From NCBI RefSeq assembly GCF_006345805.1, contig NC_042999.1:6448001-6512000 (forward strand): DNA of 64,000 bases, read 5' to 3'. The stretch is from Octopus sinensis. Taxonomy: Eukaryota. The position numbers and the translations under genes are program-made. The notes beneath the pieces are model-generated. The model saw only the letters and a program-made list of their open reading frames with translations. It was not told the DNA's origin and did not search any database. Position 1 is the first letter of the stretch; every line of letters begins with the position of its first letter. This document shows positions 47,925-60,775 of this stretch, one piece after another.

Positions 47925-48312
47925 TGGGGAATGATTTACCATATGGTGAATGTATCCGAGTATGTGGAGATTACAATAGCTTGCCAAGTTGTCAGTCATA
48001 ACCATAGTTCCTGGAAGAACATTTTGTCTGATAACATTCTCCAACGTCTCTGTACTCCTATCGGGTGCATGCTGAAGAATCCTTTTCTGATTGTGGTGTC
48101 ATAACATCTGACAACCCAAGTTTTGACACACATTCTTCCCACATTGTTCTTGCTATTGAAGAACAAGCTTTCATCGATCTCCACCGTATGATCCAGACCA
48201 CCAATGGGAGTTTTGTCCAGCACCAGTTTGCCGGACAAACATCTCTACAGAACTGGTACCACTGAACGGCAGTTTTTATATCAATGCAATTCATTCTTGC
48301 AGATATCGCCAC
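47925..48312 (-). mobile_element. Merlin (IS1595/ISXO2-like) transposase fragment, frameshifted
   Basis: VQWYQFCRDVC, TVEIDESLF.SKNNVGR...WV, VLPGT.V.TD..SY..L...GY.H..VNHS motifs. Confidence 0.85.
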
Positions 48313-48323
48313 AGCAATCTCTA

Positions 48324-48725
48324 TCTTTATATATAAAAGTGAGGTTGTGTGCTGTCTGTCTCCTACGATTTAGATTCCTAACTACTCCCACATTTTGCGG
48401 TGCAGTTTAACCAAAAGCAGGTATCTTATAGTCGTGATTCATATCGAGCCCTTCTGGGTATTAGCGCGCATCTACGATGAATCTACAATTTAAAATAAAA
48501 AAATTACCATAATTTTTTTCCATTTTAATGCATTTTTTCGCTATTATATAAGGGAAGTAACTCTCTAAAAATGTCTACGATGAGTCAACGATTTAAAAAA
48601 AATTTACCATCATTTTTTTTCCATTTTTAATGCACTTTTTTGCTATTTTTTTGCTATAACTCTCTAAAAATGCTTATATAGTTATTTCCCTTACAAACCC
48701 GAGCAACGCCGGGCGATACTGCTAG
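48324..48725 (+). mobile_element. Non-autonomous Helitron family H1
   Basis: A|TCTTTATATATAAAAG ... CCCGAGCAACGCCGGG hairpin, CTAG|T; 402 bp. Confidence 0.88.
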
Positions 48726-48726
48726 T

Positions 48727-49115
48727 AATATATAAAGCTGATGTTGTCTGTGTATGGCAGGTTTGGTAGCCTTCAACTAACACTTATCTCCTCCGAGACC
48801 CTGCGGCACAAGTTGACCAAGATTGAGAGTATGTTAGAAGAAGGTTTGCTCTTCCTTCCGTAGAAGAAAAAATTCAAATCAGACCATGGCAACACCAAAA
48901 ATTATTTACATCAAAAACGTGCTTTTTTTCTATGAAAATCCTTATTTTTTATTCGATTTTTTGACCGCTGTGTTGCCATTTTTCGGTGTATTTCGACCAG
49001 AAAAATGTTCACTTAAAGAGAATAACAAGCTACATAATGCAAAAGTTTTACTTTTCAAAAATTCCAATTCTAAAGGGTCGAAACAAATCCGAGCAACGCC
49101 GGGCGAGACTGCTAT
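48727..49115 (+). mobile_element. Non-autonomous Helitron family H2, in tandem with H1
   Basis: Matches 3295-3669; ends GCAACGCCGGGCGAGACTGCTAT. Confidence 0.8.
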
Positions 49116-49743
49116 TTTCTTTATAATCGTAATGTATTCTGTTTGAAAGGTATTTCTATAAATTTTAGAAAAAAACCCATTTTCCTGAAAGTTTCGAGGG
49201 AAAAGCTCGGATCTTGTGAATTTTCCGAAGTCCTCTCCCGCACTCTCCCGTTGCATTAACCAAAATTAGTTTCGTTTACCATAGCTCTTTATTTAAAATC
49301 CTGCTAGAATCGACTTTACATCATTCTACATTTGTTAAAACAAACCGGAGCCAGTTCATTTGAGCATTTCTCTGTCTGCTACAGATTGGTGCCTTTTACC
49401 ATTTCTTAATTTCGCTATTCTCCATAAAGTCGTTATAATGAGTAAGGGAGATAAACATGCAATACCTGGAAGAAGTTAGAAAAAGTTATTTCCCCTTGGA
49501 AATAATTTTGCGTTTGCATGGCTTCCCTTTATGTCACCATGCTCGCTGTCTCCACAAACACACACATAAATACATACAGGTGCACACACATGCGTATATG
49601 TTCCTATACATACATATATGTGTGGACACTGCCTCATGTGTCAGAGGCAACCAGGAGAAAAAAAAAACCCAATACTAAATAAAGGCGCACGCATGGCCGT
49701 GTGCTGAGAAGTTTGTTACCCTAACTTTTCTACAACACTATAT

Positions 49744-49796
<53 letters not shown>

Positions 49797-50310
49797 TTAG
49801 CGTCCGTTTTCCATGCTAGCATGGGTTGGACGGTTCTACTGGGGTCTGTGAAGCCAGAAGGCTTCATCAGGCCCAGTCAAATCTGGCAGTGTTTCTACGG
49901 CTGGATGCCCTTCCTAATGCCAACCACTCCGTGAGTGTAGTGGGTGCTTTTTACGTGCCACCCGCACTGGTGCCAGACAGAGCTGGCAAACGGCCAAGAA
50001 CGGATGGTGCTTTTTATGTGCCACCGGCACGAGGGCCAGGCGAGGCTGGCAACGGACACGAAACGGGGCGGCGCTGGCAACGGTCGCGAAACGGAAAGTT
50101 CTCTTACATGCCACCGGCACTGGTAACACATCTGCAATTTCCATTGATCGATTTCCATTCTGATCCTCACTTGCCTCAACACGTTTTCACAAGTAGAGTT
50201 ATAAATACATATATATATATTCTTTTATTTGTTGCAGTCATTTGATTGCGGCCATGCTGGAGCACCGCCTTTAGTCGAGGAAATCGATCCCATATATATA
50301 CATACACACA

Positions 50311-50710
50311 TCTTTATATATAAAAGAGAAGTTGTGTGTCTGTCTCCTACGATTTAGATTCCTAACTACTCCCACATTTTGCGGTGCAGTTTAACCAAAA
50401 CCGGGTATCTTATAGTCGTGATTCATATCGAGCCCTTCTGGGTATTAGCGCGCGTCTACAATGAGTCTACGAGTTAAAATAAAAATTTACCATCATTTTT
50501 TTTCCATTTTAATGCATTTTTTCGCTATTATATAAGGGAAGTAACTCTCTAAAAATGTCTACGATGAGTGAACGATTTAAAAAAAAAATTACCATAATTT
50601 TTTTTCCATTTTTAATGCATTTTTTTGCTATTTTTTTGCTATAACTCTCTAAAAATGCTTATATAGTTATTTCCCTTACAAACCCGAGCAACGCCGGGCG
50701 ATACTGCTAG
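50311..50710 (+). mobile_element. Non-autonomous Helitron family H1
   Basis: A|TC ... CTAG|T; 400 bp; near-identical to 48324-48725. Confidence 0.88.
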
Positions 50711-51079
50711 TATATGTATAAATCTAAATTGAGGGAATGGAACTGGTAAAATCCAGGCTACATGTGTTTCCTAGCTAGCAGAACCTCAGAAGTAATAATT
50801 ACCCAATGTTGAGTACTCCCACTAGCTGCTCATCAAACCAAAGGTACCTGCTACATTCCCTTAATTTGGATATTTTTACTCACATTCAGAACAACCCTGG
50901 TTGCTAACTGTGAACTATAAAAAAACTTTTTTCAGCTTATCAAACTTCTATATGAGAAAAACCTACAACCTTTTATGCCAATAAACTATTATTGTTCCTG
51001 AAAGTTGTTATTTTATACCTATTATGGACTGCTTGGAGTTTACTAACTTCCTAGACCTGGATTCTTGGATCTTACATTT

Positions 51080-51422
51080 ACATATTATATCTGAGACCCC
51101 CTTCGGTCACGACACAGACCATGGGATTGCACCTCGAAAGTTACTCTCCCAGGCACAAGTTCTTTATGGAAGACCAGCAGTCGCCTATGCATACCGGCCT
51201 CACCTCTCCATGCCACCAGTGTTATCCAAGGGAAAGGCAAAGGGGCCGATACAGCTTGGCACCTGTGGCGTCGCAACTCAATTCTACAGCTGATTGAACT
51301 GGAGCAACGTGAAATAAAGTGTCTTGCTCAAGAACACAACACGCAGCCCGGTCCGGGATTCGAACTCACAACCTCACGATCACAAGCTCGATGCTCTAAC
51401 CACTGAGCCATGCGCCTTCACA
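51080..51422 (-). mobile_element. SINE family D
   Basis: Reverse complement of 13521-13838. Confidence 0.8.
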
Positions 51423-51789
51423 ACATATTATATATAAATAAATTTGTAGTACAATATATTGACTCATGGAATCCTGTGGCAATCAAGGAAAAGCTCCTTT
51501 ACAGGACCTGGCTATCAAACCTCTTAATAATCTAATATAGAAAAGTATAATGTAGAGCTCAGTGCAGCTGAAATCCAGCTGAAGTTGTAGAGTGCAGTGT
51601 GCAGCATGCACATTGGTGCATGTTTATTGGTGCATGCCTGTAAAGTAATTTATTATACACTAAAATTCTTATTACTTGATGGAGGTTGTGAAATGGATCT
51701 AATCCAATGGATCTAATCCTATGGATATCAAGTGGTTAAATAAATGTGTTCACCAATCATACCTCCTGACTTCTTAAGGTATGTATGTA

Positions 51790-52470
51790 TATAATAATAA
51801 TAATGAAATTATTGTATACAGTGCTCAGGTGCACCACAACTTGTCAGAAAGTGCATATAAAGTACATGCAGTAATGTAGAAATGTCTGGAAAGCGAACTG
51901 TGTATGAGTCAGATACATGCCTGTGTGTGTATGGAGGGAAGAAAATCAGGTGTAGTGTTGGCGAATCTCAGGAAGCATGGAAGTTTTGAAGGATGCAGTG
52001 CTCCGACAACCGATGCTGGCAGTTTGTTCCATGCTTCAGCAACTCTCAGCATGAAAAAATGTTTCCTGAAGTCATGGGAGCTGTGCTGTTTTCTTACTTT
52101 GTAAATATGTCCACGGGTGTTAGATGGGTGGAGTTTGAAAAGGTGCTCAGAGTTATTGTTTGTACGATGGTTGATAATTTTATGGGTGTCTGCCAAGTCA
52201 GCTGCCAGACGTCGGAGTTTCAATGTGTCCATGCCCAGGGAAGTAAGGCGTTCAGGATATGGCAAATGCCTGATGGAGGGTATTCTTTTGGTTGCACGTC
52301 GCTGAACAGCTTCCAGACGATTGATATCCTGGGCAAGATAGGGGTTCCAGACCGGTGATGCAAATTCCAGGTGAGGTCTTACCATAGCTATATAAAGCCG
52401 CAGATAGATAGCCGGAGAGCGGCTCACAAAGGATTTGGTGAGTGATGCCAAGACACCCTCAGCCTTCTTG
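51790..52470 (-). mobile_element. CR1-clade LINE 3' fragment
   Basis: ORF 52529-51909: LY.AMVRPHLEFASPVWNPY...LEAVQRRATK...YPERL..LG..TL..RR; (ATT)n tail. Confidence 0.92.
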
Positions 52471-52474
52471 ACAA

Positions 52475-52556
52475 TATGTATGTATGTATGTTTGTATGCA
52501 TGTATGTATGTATGTATGTATGTATGCATGCATGTATGTATGTCTGTATGTATGTA

Positions 52557-52591
<35 letters not shown>

Positions 52592-52595
52592 ATGT

Positions 52596-52635
<40 letters not shown>

Positions 52636-52640
52636 ATGTA

Positions 52641-52673
<33 letters not shown>

Positions 52674-52675
52674 CT
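52475..52675. repeat. (TATG)n/(TG)n microsatellite
   Basis: Seen directly. Confidence 0.95.
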
Positions 52676-52744
52676 CTTCTATTTCTTATTTATTATAAAT
52701 CTTCCACTGGGGAGGGAGCCTGTTTCTAACAAAGATACCAGGCT

Positions 52745-54700
52745 CCATCTTTGGGATGTAATTAACACAGACAAATTCACATTTGGAACTTAAGAAAAGT
52801 CTTGCATATTTTTACTGTTCCACTCACAGATTGCACTTGTAATGTATGAATCAGCTGCTTAATTTCTGAAAATCCTTGTTTATCCAGATTCTCCTTTGAG
52901 CATTTACTAACAAAACCTAATGTTCCAATTATTATTGGTATGAATATGAATTCATAGTCTGGATATAGAAACTGGGGGTTTCGAAGCAGTTGTCCATAGA
53001 TATCCTCTTTTTCTTTGATTTTCAAAGAGATATTTATATCTGCAACTATATGACAGTTCATACCTTTGCCCCTCTGTCCCAAACTACAATATCCGACATT
53101 TTAGGACAGGTGTTAATCACATGCATAATGTCTTCCACAGAAACATGACATGGCTTACACATGCGGTTGGACCTTGGGATTACAAGAGCATCACTGTCTC
53201 TCTTGTTCACCAGGTACTTTGTGGCAATCTCCTGTTCCTGGATTGCAAATGCATAGCCTTCAAAGTATGATGTAATGTAGTGGCCTTGTGTCCAAGAGTG
53301 GCTGTGCTTCGTGTCAATTCTATTGTCTCCTTCAAGCTTCCGGGCAACATACCCATACATAGTCTTTTTTTTTTCGTATGCTGAGTGCTTTCCATTCAGG
53401 TCTTCTCTGAGGTAAGAGAGCCCAGCTGTTTTGGGGCTGTATAGGGTATCATCAGGAAGAAAGTGTTTCTTGAGGAGCTCACTGCCAACTTACTTCACTT
53501 TTCAGGACTGCATTTATATATTTATTTTTGCTGTTGTTGTCCAGCAGATGCTGCCTGAGTGATACCATACGACATTCGAAGACCGTCTGCACTGACCTCA
53601 GGCCTCTACCACCTTCATTTTGTCTTAGGTAGAGCCTGTCAACATCACTATTTCTGTGGAAGTTCCCAGTTGTTGTCAGGATTTCGCGGGTTTTGATATC
53701 TATGGAGTGGATTTCCTCTACCGACCAATCAAGTATCCTAAATGTTGGGACCAGCACTGGTACTGCAAATGCATTGTGGGATATTGTTTTGTTGTGAGAG
53801 GAGAGTTCTGACTGCCGTATCTTCCTAAGCCTGGTGTAATATTCTCGGGTCACTCTACCTTTATTTACATTGATGATACATTTTCGTCTATACTTAGGTG
53901 CTTGTAACATTCTTTGTGTGGAATGGGGAAGATAAAGAGACCGTTGATGCACAGGTTTTGCATTTGGGGGACTGACGTTCTTTATTCTATAACCAAATAC
54001 GAACATTTCTTTTGGCCAAATTCCATTCCTATATTAGCTGAAAATATTATTAATTCCAATTGTTTTTTGGCAAATGTTAACGCTTTTAGTATAAATCTTG
54101 AGGTTGTCTACAAAGAAATTATGAGTTACATTAATATTTTTAGCAGTTGAAGATCCTAGCATGTAACCATTAGTTTTCTGTAGAAGGAACGATAATGGGG
54201 TCAGTGCTAAAATGAAAAGAAGTACAGAAAGACTCTCTCCCTGGAATATTCCCTTCGTAATGTCTATACTATCAGAAACAATTATTTCATTCTCATTAGT
54301 AAGGGTAAGAATAGGTGTCCATGTCTTTGTGAGTCTCCCTACAGCAGCAATTAGCATGGTAGGTACGTTTGCCAGATGTAGGGCACTTCAACAGCCATGA
54401 ATGAAGGATAGAGTTGAATACCTTCTAATCATCAAACCATACTGTCACAAGGTTTCTGCGTTGTTTTCTCACTTGAGACAGTGCAGCTTTGTTTATTAAA
54501 AGCTGTTTGGCACATCCCCACAATCACTTCTTTCCACCAGCCTGTTCATCAGTCACGCTGCTGTTCGACTCACGATGGTCCTGGAGGAATTGGTTGCGGC
54601 AACTTGTGTACAGTTTGTACATAATGTTTAGGTAAGCAGTGGGCATGTAGTTTCCTGCCATCTCGGTGATTTCATTTTTGGCAACAAGATTTGTCCCTGC
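52745..54700 (-). mobile_element. R4/Dong-like (RLE-type) non-LTR retrotransposon, decayed
   Basis: RT: EQAGGKK..WGC..QLLINK, GIFQGESLS.LLF, FFVD; RLYL.Q.EGGRGL; CCHC knuckle CKPC.......H....C; C-term PIIIGTLG...TVKICK. Confidence 0.88.
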
Positions 54701-54869
54701 TGTAGCAAGCTAATTTGGTAGAGCAGTCTGTCCTTCCACAGTCCTTTTCAACATACATACCAACTGGTTTCTATAAAATGTTGGCTTCTTGTACCAATAT
54801 CCAACTATTAGGTGCCTTCCCATTCTGCAGTTTGCCTACTGCTATAGCAAAGGTTTCTGCATCAATTTT

Positions 54870-55110
54870 GTTTGTTTGTTTGTTTGTTTGCATGTATGTA
54901 TGTATGCATGTATCCTATGTATGTATGTGTGTATGTATGTATGTATGTATGTATGTATGTATGTATGTGTGTATGTATGTATGTGTGTATGTATGTATGT
55001 ATGCATGTATATGTATGTATGTATGTGTGTGTGTATGTATGCATGTATGTATGTGTGTGTGTATGTATGTATGTGTATGTGTATGTATGCATGTATGTGT
55101 GTGTATGTAT
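54870..55110. repeat. (TATG)n/(TG)n microsatellite
   Basis: Seen directly. Confidence 0.95.
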
Positions 55111-55544
55111 TGTTACTTGGCCCTGGGTTTGACAGTTTTACAGGATGACCAACTTGGGGGCAGCATCAATCTCCAGTGTTTACTTTAGCAAGGTTTCTAC
55201 AGCCGGATGCCCTTCCTAAAACCAACCCCTTTACAGTGTGTACTGGGTGCTCTTTTATGAGGGACCAGCACAAATGAGGTCACCAAGTAACTTAGAGTGG
55301 GGAGGGGGGAGTGGTGGCAGTATTGATGGGGGTGGCTTTATGGCAGGTGTTGAGAGGCTAAAGTATGACAGGTGAGGAGAAGCAGTTGTGATGCTGTAGA
55401 GGAGATGCATGGCTACCTTACAGGTAAGGGAGAAAGGATGATGGAGATGAGGTTTTAGGGCATACCCTCAAGGTACAAAGAAGATGGAAGAGAAAGAACA
55501 AAGTTGGGGAATCAAGGATGGCTTGTTGGGTAGCTGGGTGGCTG

Positions 55545-56255
55545 TCTCTTTTACAATCTCTTGAACAAGCCTCAAATTGTGTAGGTCTTTACCTCAATGA
55601 GGCCAAGACTGAATACATAAACAAGTGCCTGTCCAACTGATTGCATCATCCATACTCTCAACAATGAGCCCTTAAATATGGTTTCTGATTACAAATATCT
55701 TGGGTCATACATATCATCATCTGGAAAAGACTTTCTAACTAGAAAGGGTATGGCCTGGTCAGCCTGTAAGGACATGCATAAGATCTCGTCATCAAATCTA
55801 AGTAGAGACTTCAAACTTGAAATCTTCAAAGCCACAGTCGAACCAATTCTACTATATGGCTCAGAAACCTGGACGTTATCAAAGAAGCTTGAGAGGCGGT
55901 TGGATGGAACCTACACCCGCCTCCTTATGAAAGCTCAAAATCTCTCGTGGAAGCGCCATCCAACCAAAATGCAAATATATGGGAAACTACCACCTGTGTC
56001 ATCTCTTGTGAAAGGTAGGAGAGTCCAGTTTGCTGGACATTGTTGTAGAGCTGAAAATGAGGTAATTTCTCCTCTTCTCCTCTGGAAGCCATCTACTCGC
56101 AATACCAGAGGGCGCACACTCTCTTACCCTGATGTAATCTCCAGGGATACAGGTATCCAGCAACAGGACCTCCGTAATGCCATGATGGACCGTGAAGTCT
56201 GGCGTAGCATGGTAAATTCCATTGTCTCAACCACGGTCGAACAATGATGATGATA
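55545..56255 (+). mobile_element. RTE-X-like LINE 3' fragment with (TGA)n tail
   Basis: ORF 55678-56247: YKYLGS, VEPILLYGSETW, RR.QFAGHC.R, M.DREVWR. Confidence 0.88.
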
Positions 56256-56499
56256 GCGTGAAAGTGGAGATAGGAATAGAAGTAAAGGCAGTGAATGGCA
56301 AATATGAATGATGAAACGATCGTACTGCATTACCTCTGGATATCCTTGTTGCTTATTTTGATTGAAATCACCCCATTTTGAATTGTATGGATAATACCAT
56401 ACTAAATTCTGGTGCCTCAACTTATGTACCATATTCATCTAAATCTATGTCTAGAAAGGTTGGCAGCATCATTAGAGCGTCAGTCAAATAATTCTTTTT

Positions 56500-57058
56500 A
56501 GGTGCAGGAGTGGCTGTGTGGTAAGTAGCTTGCTTACCAACCACATGGTTTCGGGTTCATTCCCACTGCATGGCACCATGGGCAAGTGTCTTCTACCATA
56601 GCCTCGGGTCAACCAAAGCCTTGTGAGTGGATTTGGTAGACGGAAACTAAAAACAGCCCGTCGTATATATGTATGTGTGTCTGTGTTTGCCCCCAACCAC
56701 ATGGTTTCTGGTTCATTCCCACTGTATGGCACCATGGGCAAGTGTCTTCTACCATAGCCTCGGGTCAACCAAAGCCTTGTGAGTGGATTTGGTAGATGGA
56801 AACTAAAAACAGCCCATCGTATATATGTATGTGTGTCTGTGTATATGTTTGTGTGTCTGTGTTTGCCCCCCCCCCCAACATCGCTTGACAACTGATGCTG
56901 GTGTGTTTATGTCCCAATAACTTAGTGGTTGGACAAAAGAGACCGATAGAATAAGTACTAGGCTTCCAAAGAATAAGTCCTGGGGTCGATTCGTTCGACT
57001 AAAGGTGGTGCTCCAGCATGGCCACATTCAAATGACTGAAACAAGTAAAAGAGATAAA
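56500..57058 (+). mobile_element. SINE family C with an internal tandem duplication of about 155 bp
   Basis: Head/core segment occurs at about 56539-56690 and 56694-56845. Confidence 0.85.
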
Positions 57059-57096
57059 AGATATATATATATGTTAATGTATACATTTATATACAA

Positions 57097-57491
57097 CTAG
57101 CAGTATCGCCCGGCGTTGCTCGGGTTTGTAAGGGAAATAACTATATAAGCATTTTTAGAGATGTAAAGTATAATAGCCATCTCAATACGGCTAACCACAA
57201 AGGGGGGTGTTACTGTAGCTTTTTATGTTCTGAGATTTAATAATACATTTTTAGAGAGTTACTTCCCTTATATAATAGCAAAAAAATGCATGAAAAATGG
57301 GAAAAAATTATGGTAAATTTTTTTTTAAATCGTAGGCTCATCGTAGACGTGCGCTAATACCCAGAAGGGCTCGATATGAATCACGACTATAAGATACCCG
57401 CTTTTGGTTACACTGCACCACAAAATGTGGGAGTAGTTAGGAATCTAAATCGTAGGAGACAGACACACAACTTCACTTTTATATATAAAGA
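57097..57491 (-). mobile_element. Non-autonomous Helitron family H1 variant
   Basis: A|TC at 57491, CTAG|T at 57100-57097; different internal segment near the 3' end. Confidence 0.85.
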
Positions 57492-57714
57492 TATAGAGAA
57501 TTATCATATAAACTCTCCTTCAGCTATTTCTAGTAAAAATGTGGAATGGTTCATCTTCTTGAAGTTCTTCAAATATTTTCTGTCTGGTTTCTAACTTTAC
57601 AGCTTAACAAAACAAGAAAAAACTGGAGATCATCTCGTAACCCACAAGTAATTTAATTCCATGAAAACCAACCGTAATTGGTGTGGAGGTTTCATTAAAT
57701 ACTCTTTACTCTTT

Positions 57715-58116
57715 ACTCTTTTACTCTTTTACTTGTTTCAGTCATTTGACTGCGGCCATGCTGGAGCACCGCCTTTAGTCGAGCAAATCGACCCTGGGAC
57801 TTATTCTTTTGTAAGCCCAGTACTTATTCTATCGTTCTCTTTTGCCGAACCGCTAAGTAACGGGGACGTAAACACACCAGCATCGGTTGTCAAGCAATGC
57901 TAGGGGGACAAACACAGACACACAAACACACACACGCATATACATATATATACATATATACGACGGGCTTCTTTCAGTTTCCGTCTACTAAATCTACTCA
58001 CAAGGCATTGGTCGGCCCGGGGCTATAGCAGAAGACACTTGCCCAAGATGCCACGCAGTGGGACTGAACCCGGAACCATGTGGTTGGTAAGCAAGCTACT
58101 TACCACACAGCCACTC
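57715..58116 (-). mobile_element. SINE family C
   Basis: Near full-length reverse copy. Confidence 0.88.
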
Positions 58117-60321
58117 CAGTTTCTTTTTCACAATTTTTTCGCAATGTCTTTGAGCTATTATCATACAACTCCATCCAATATTTCAATGTATTCAATGAGA
58201 ATTTTGTAACAAAGAAGAAAAACCTTAGCAAACTGATTCCACTCGAAATATCGATATATTTAATTGTGTGTTTGTTGTTGTTAATGTTGTTGTTTATTTG
58301 TTTAGCACTTGATGATGTGCCTCAGATGTTGTTCCAGGCTACCAAGCTCTCTGTGAATGCTGTGTTGAATGGGAGCCAAATTAATTGAGATAGATTTGAG
58401 AAATAATGGATTCCTTGCAGTACAAATGAATTTTTTGTTTCTTTATATTTCCATTCCGACTCCTCATTCCTGAACAGGTTTTCTGTTTCATTAAGAGTTA
58501 CTAATGAAAGACATTTTAATTATGAAAAACTTTAAAACCTGGCACTTTGTCAGTAACGATGATGAGTGTTTCCATTGATCCGATGTACGGAACAACCTGC
58601 TCGTGAAATTACCTTCAAGTGGCTGAGTACTCCACAGACACATGTACTCTTAACAAAGTTCTCAGGGAGATTCAGTGTGACACAGGATGAGACAAGGCTA
58701 GCCCTTTGAATTACTGGTACTACTCGTTTTTGCCAGCTGAGTGAACTGGAGCAAGGTGAGATAAAGTGCCTTGCTCAAGGACACAGTGCACCACTGAGAA
58801 TTGAACTGATGACTTAACGATCGTGAGCTGAATACTCTTAACCATTAAGCCACTCACCTTCATGAAAACTGGTGCTCCACCGGTTATGAGAATGAGTGTT
58901 CTAGTTGATCTGATCAATGGGGCAGCCTGCTCTTGAAATTAACATGCAAATGGCTGGACACTCCACAGACACGTGCACCAGGCACGTGCCATCAGTAATT
59001 ACTTAGGGTAGGCAGTTGGTGACGTTTATGTAGTAAAACACAAAAAATAAGCAAAACCCAGATGTGCAACTGAGTTGAAGACAGATTTACTTCTGCCTTT
59101 ATAACATGTAAAGAAAACAGTGTTGTAGGAGTGTACACAGCATGTGTACTACAGCAGTTCTATGCATAGCTTAAATAGTGAGATTGAAAAGCAGGGGTGA
59201 ATTATGCCTGGCTAATCTACAAAAATTAAAATATTTTGTATTTTATGCATTGTAATCAGAATAACCTTCAAAATTTTATTGAATTTGGTGCATATTTTGC
59301 CATAAAAAGAAAATGTTGCTATCGATCTATTTTATTCAAGGTAGGCACTGCCTACCTTGCCTACCCAGGCGGCATGTCCCTGGTGCATACCCCTAACATA
59401 GTTTTCTGGGAGAGATTCACCATGACACTGAATATGACAAGGCTGGACCTTTTGAATCCCTGGTACAATTCATCTTTGCCAGCAGAATCATTTGCATGCT
59501 AGGTGAAATGCTCAGCAGTATTTTGTCTGCCTCTACGTTCTGAGTTCAAATTCCGCCGAGGTTGACTTTGCCTTTCATCCTTTCGGGGTTGATTAAATAA
59601 GAACCAGTTACGCACTGGAGTCAATGTAATCGACTTAATCCTTTGGATCCACATTGTGAAATGACAGAGATCCATCACCACAACCATCATCACCACCATC
59701 AGCAGGCTTTAAAAAAAAAAGTTGTTCAACTAGGATTCTTCTAGGTGGTGCTCCAGCATGGCAGCTGTCTGATGACAGAAACGAGTATAAGATGAGACAA
59801 TTTGGTTACTAAATATTGAATACAAACTAACTAATAATACTATTGCAGTGGTTTTTATATTGCACGACACATCACCAGGTTCCCTGTTGTTGGTGAAGGG
59901 GTTTTGTAATTGAGGTTCTGGTGTCAGAAGTTTCAAAGGATGTGGACAAGTTCCGTTTCAAACTCGGTTCCTTCTCTGCAGTGAAATGGCAAAGCTTCAA
60001 TAGAGAGGAGTCACAATCATTGGAAAAACATCAGAAAAACCTTTGGATTATCATCATCATCACTTAATGTCTGTTTTCCATGCTGGCAGGGGTTGGACAG
60101 TTTGACAGGAGCTGGTAAGCCAAGGGGCTGTCCCGAGCTCCTTTGTCTGATTCAGTATGGCTTGTATGAGTGGATATCTTTCTTGACACCAACCAATTTA
60201 CAGAATGTACTGGGTGCCTTTTTTCATGGCACCAGCACTGGTGGAGGGTCACCAAGTAACTTGTAAGACAAAGACCCCTTGACTGGGAGTAGGGAGTAGT
60301 TTTGAGGGAGGCGGCTTTGTA

Positions 60322-60530
60322 CCCTGTCTATGATGTAGCGCATCAGATAGAGGTTGTCATGGATACTCCAGCCCGGCATGGTGCACGTTTGTGCCTTGTC
60401 GACCAGTTTCTTGATGACAAGCACCAACCTTTTGGCTAACACTTTGGCCAAAATCTTCAAGTCTGTATTGAGCAGAGTGATGGGCCTGAAGTTATCTATT
60501 ATGTCCCCCTTGTTTGGGTCTTTCTTCAGG
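60322..60530 (-). mobile_element. Tx1/L1-like RT fragment
   Basis: NFRPITLLNTDLKILAKVLAKRL...AQTC..PG.SIHDNL..MR.II. Confidence 0.8.
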
Positions 60531-60576
60531 CAGACAGATAGATAAATAGATAAATAGATAGATAAATTGATAGATG

Positions 60577-60609
<33 letters not shown>

Positions 60610-60628
60610 GTAGATAGATAGAGAGATG

Positions 60629-60670
<42 letters not shown>

Positions 60671-60775
60671 GAGATGGATAGATTGATAGATAGGTAGATA
60701 GATAGATAGATAGATAGGTAGATAGATAGAGAGATGGATAGATAGATAGATAGATAGGTCGATAGATTGATAGAT
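60530..60775. repeat. (TAGA)n microsatellite
   Basis: Seen directly. Confidence 0.95.

Noticed and set aside
49385-49441. AG...GT-bounded 57-nt segment with one open frame
   Set aside because: Isolated, no homology; such splice-like pairs are expected by chance.
57520-57602. Possible minus-strand terminal exon (good acceptor, VKLETRQKIFEELQEDEPFHIFTRNS*)
   Set aside because: Only 26 codons, no recognisable homology, and no partner exons found by eye; RNA-seq would be needed.
58306-58388. Possible plus-strand terminal exon (LDDVPQMLFQATKLSVNAVLNGSQIN*), and an overlapping minus frame of about 58 aa
   Set aside because: Several frames are equally plausible, no homology recognised, no upstream exons identified.
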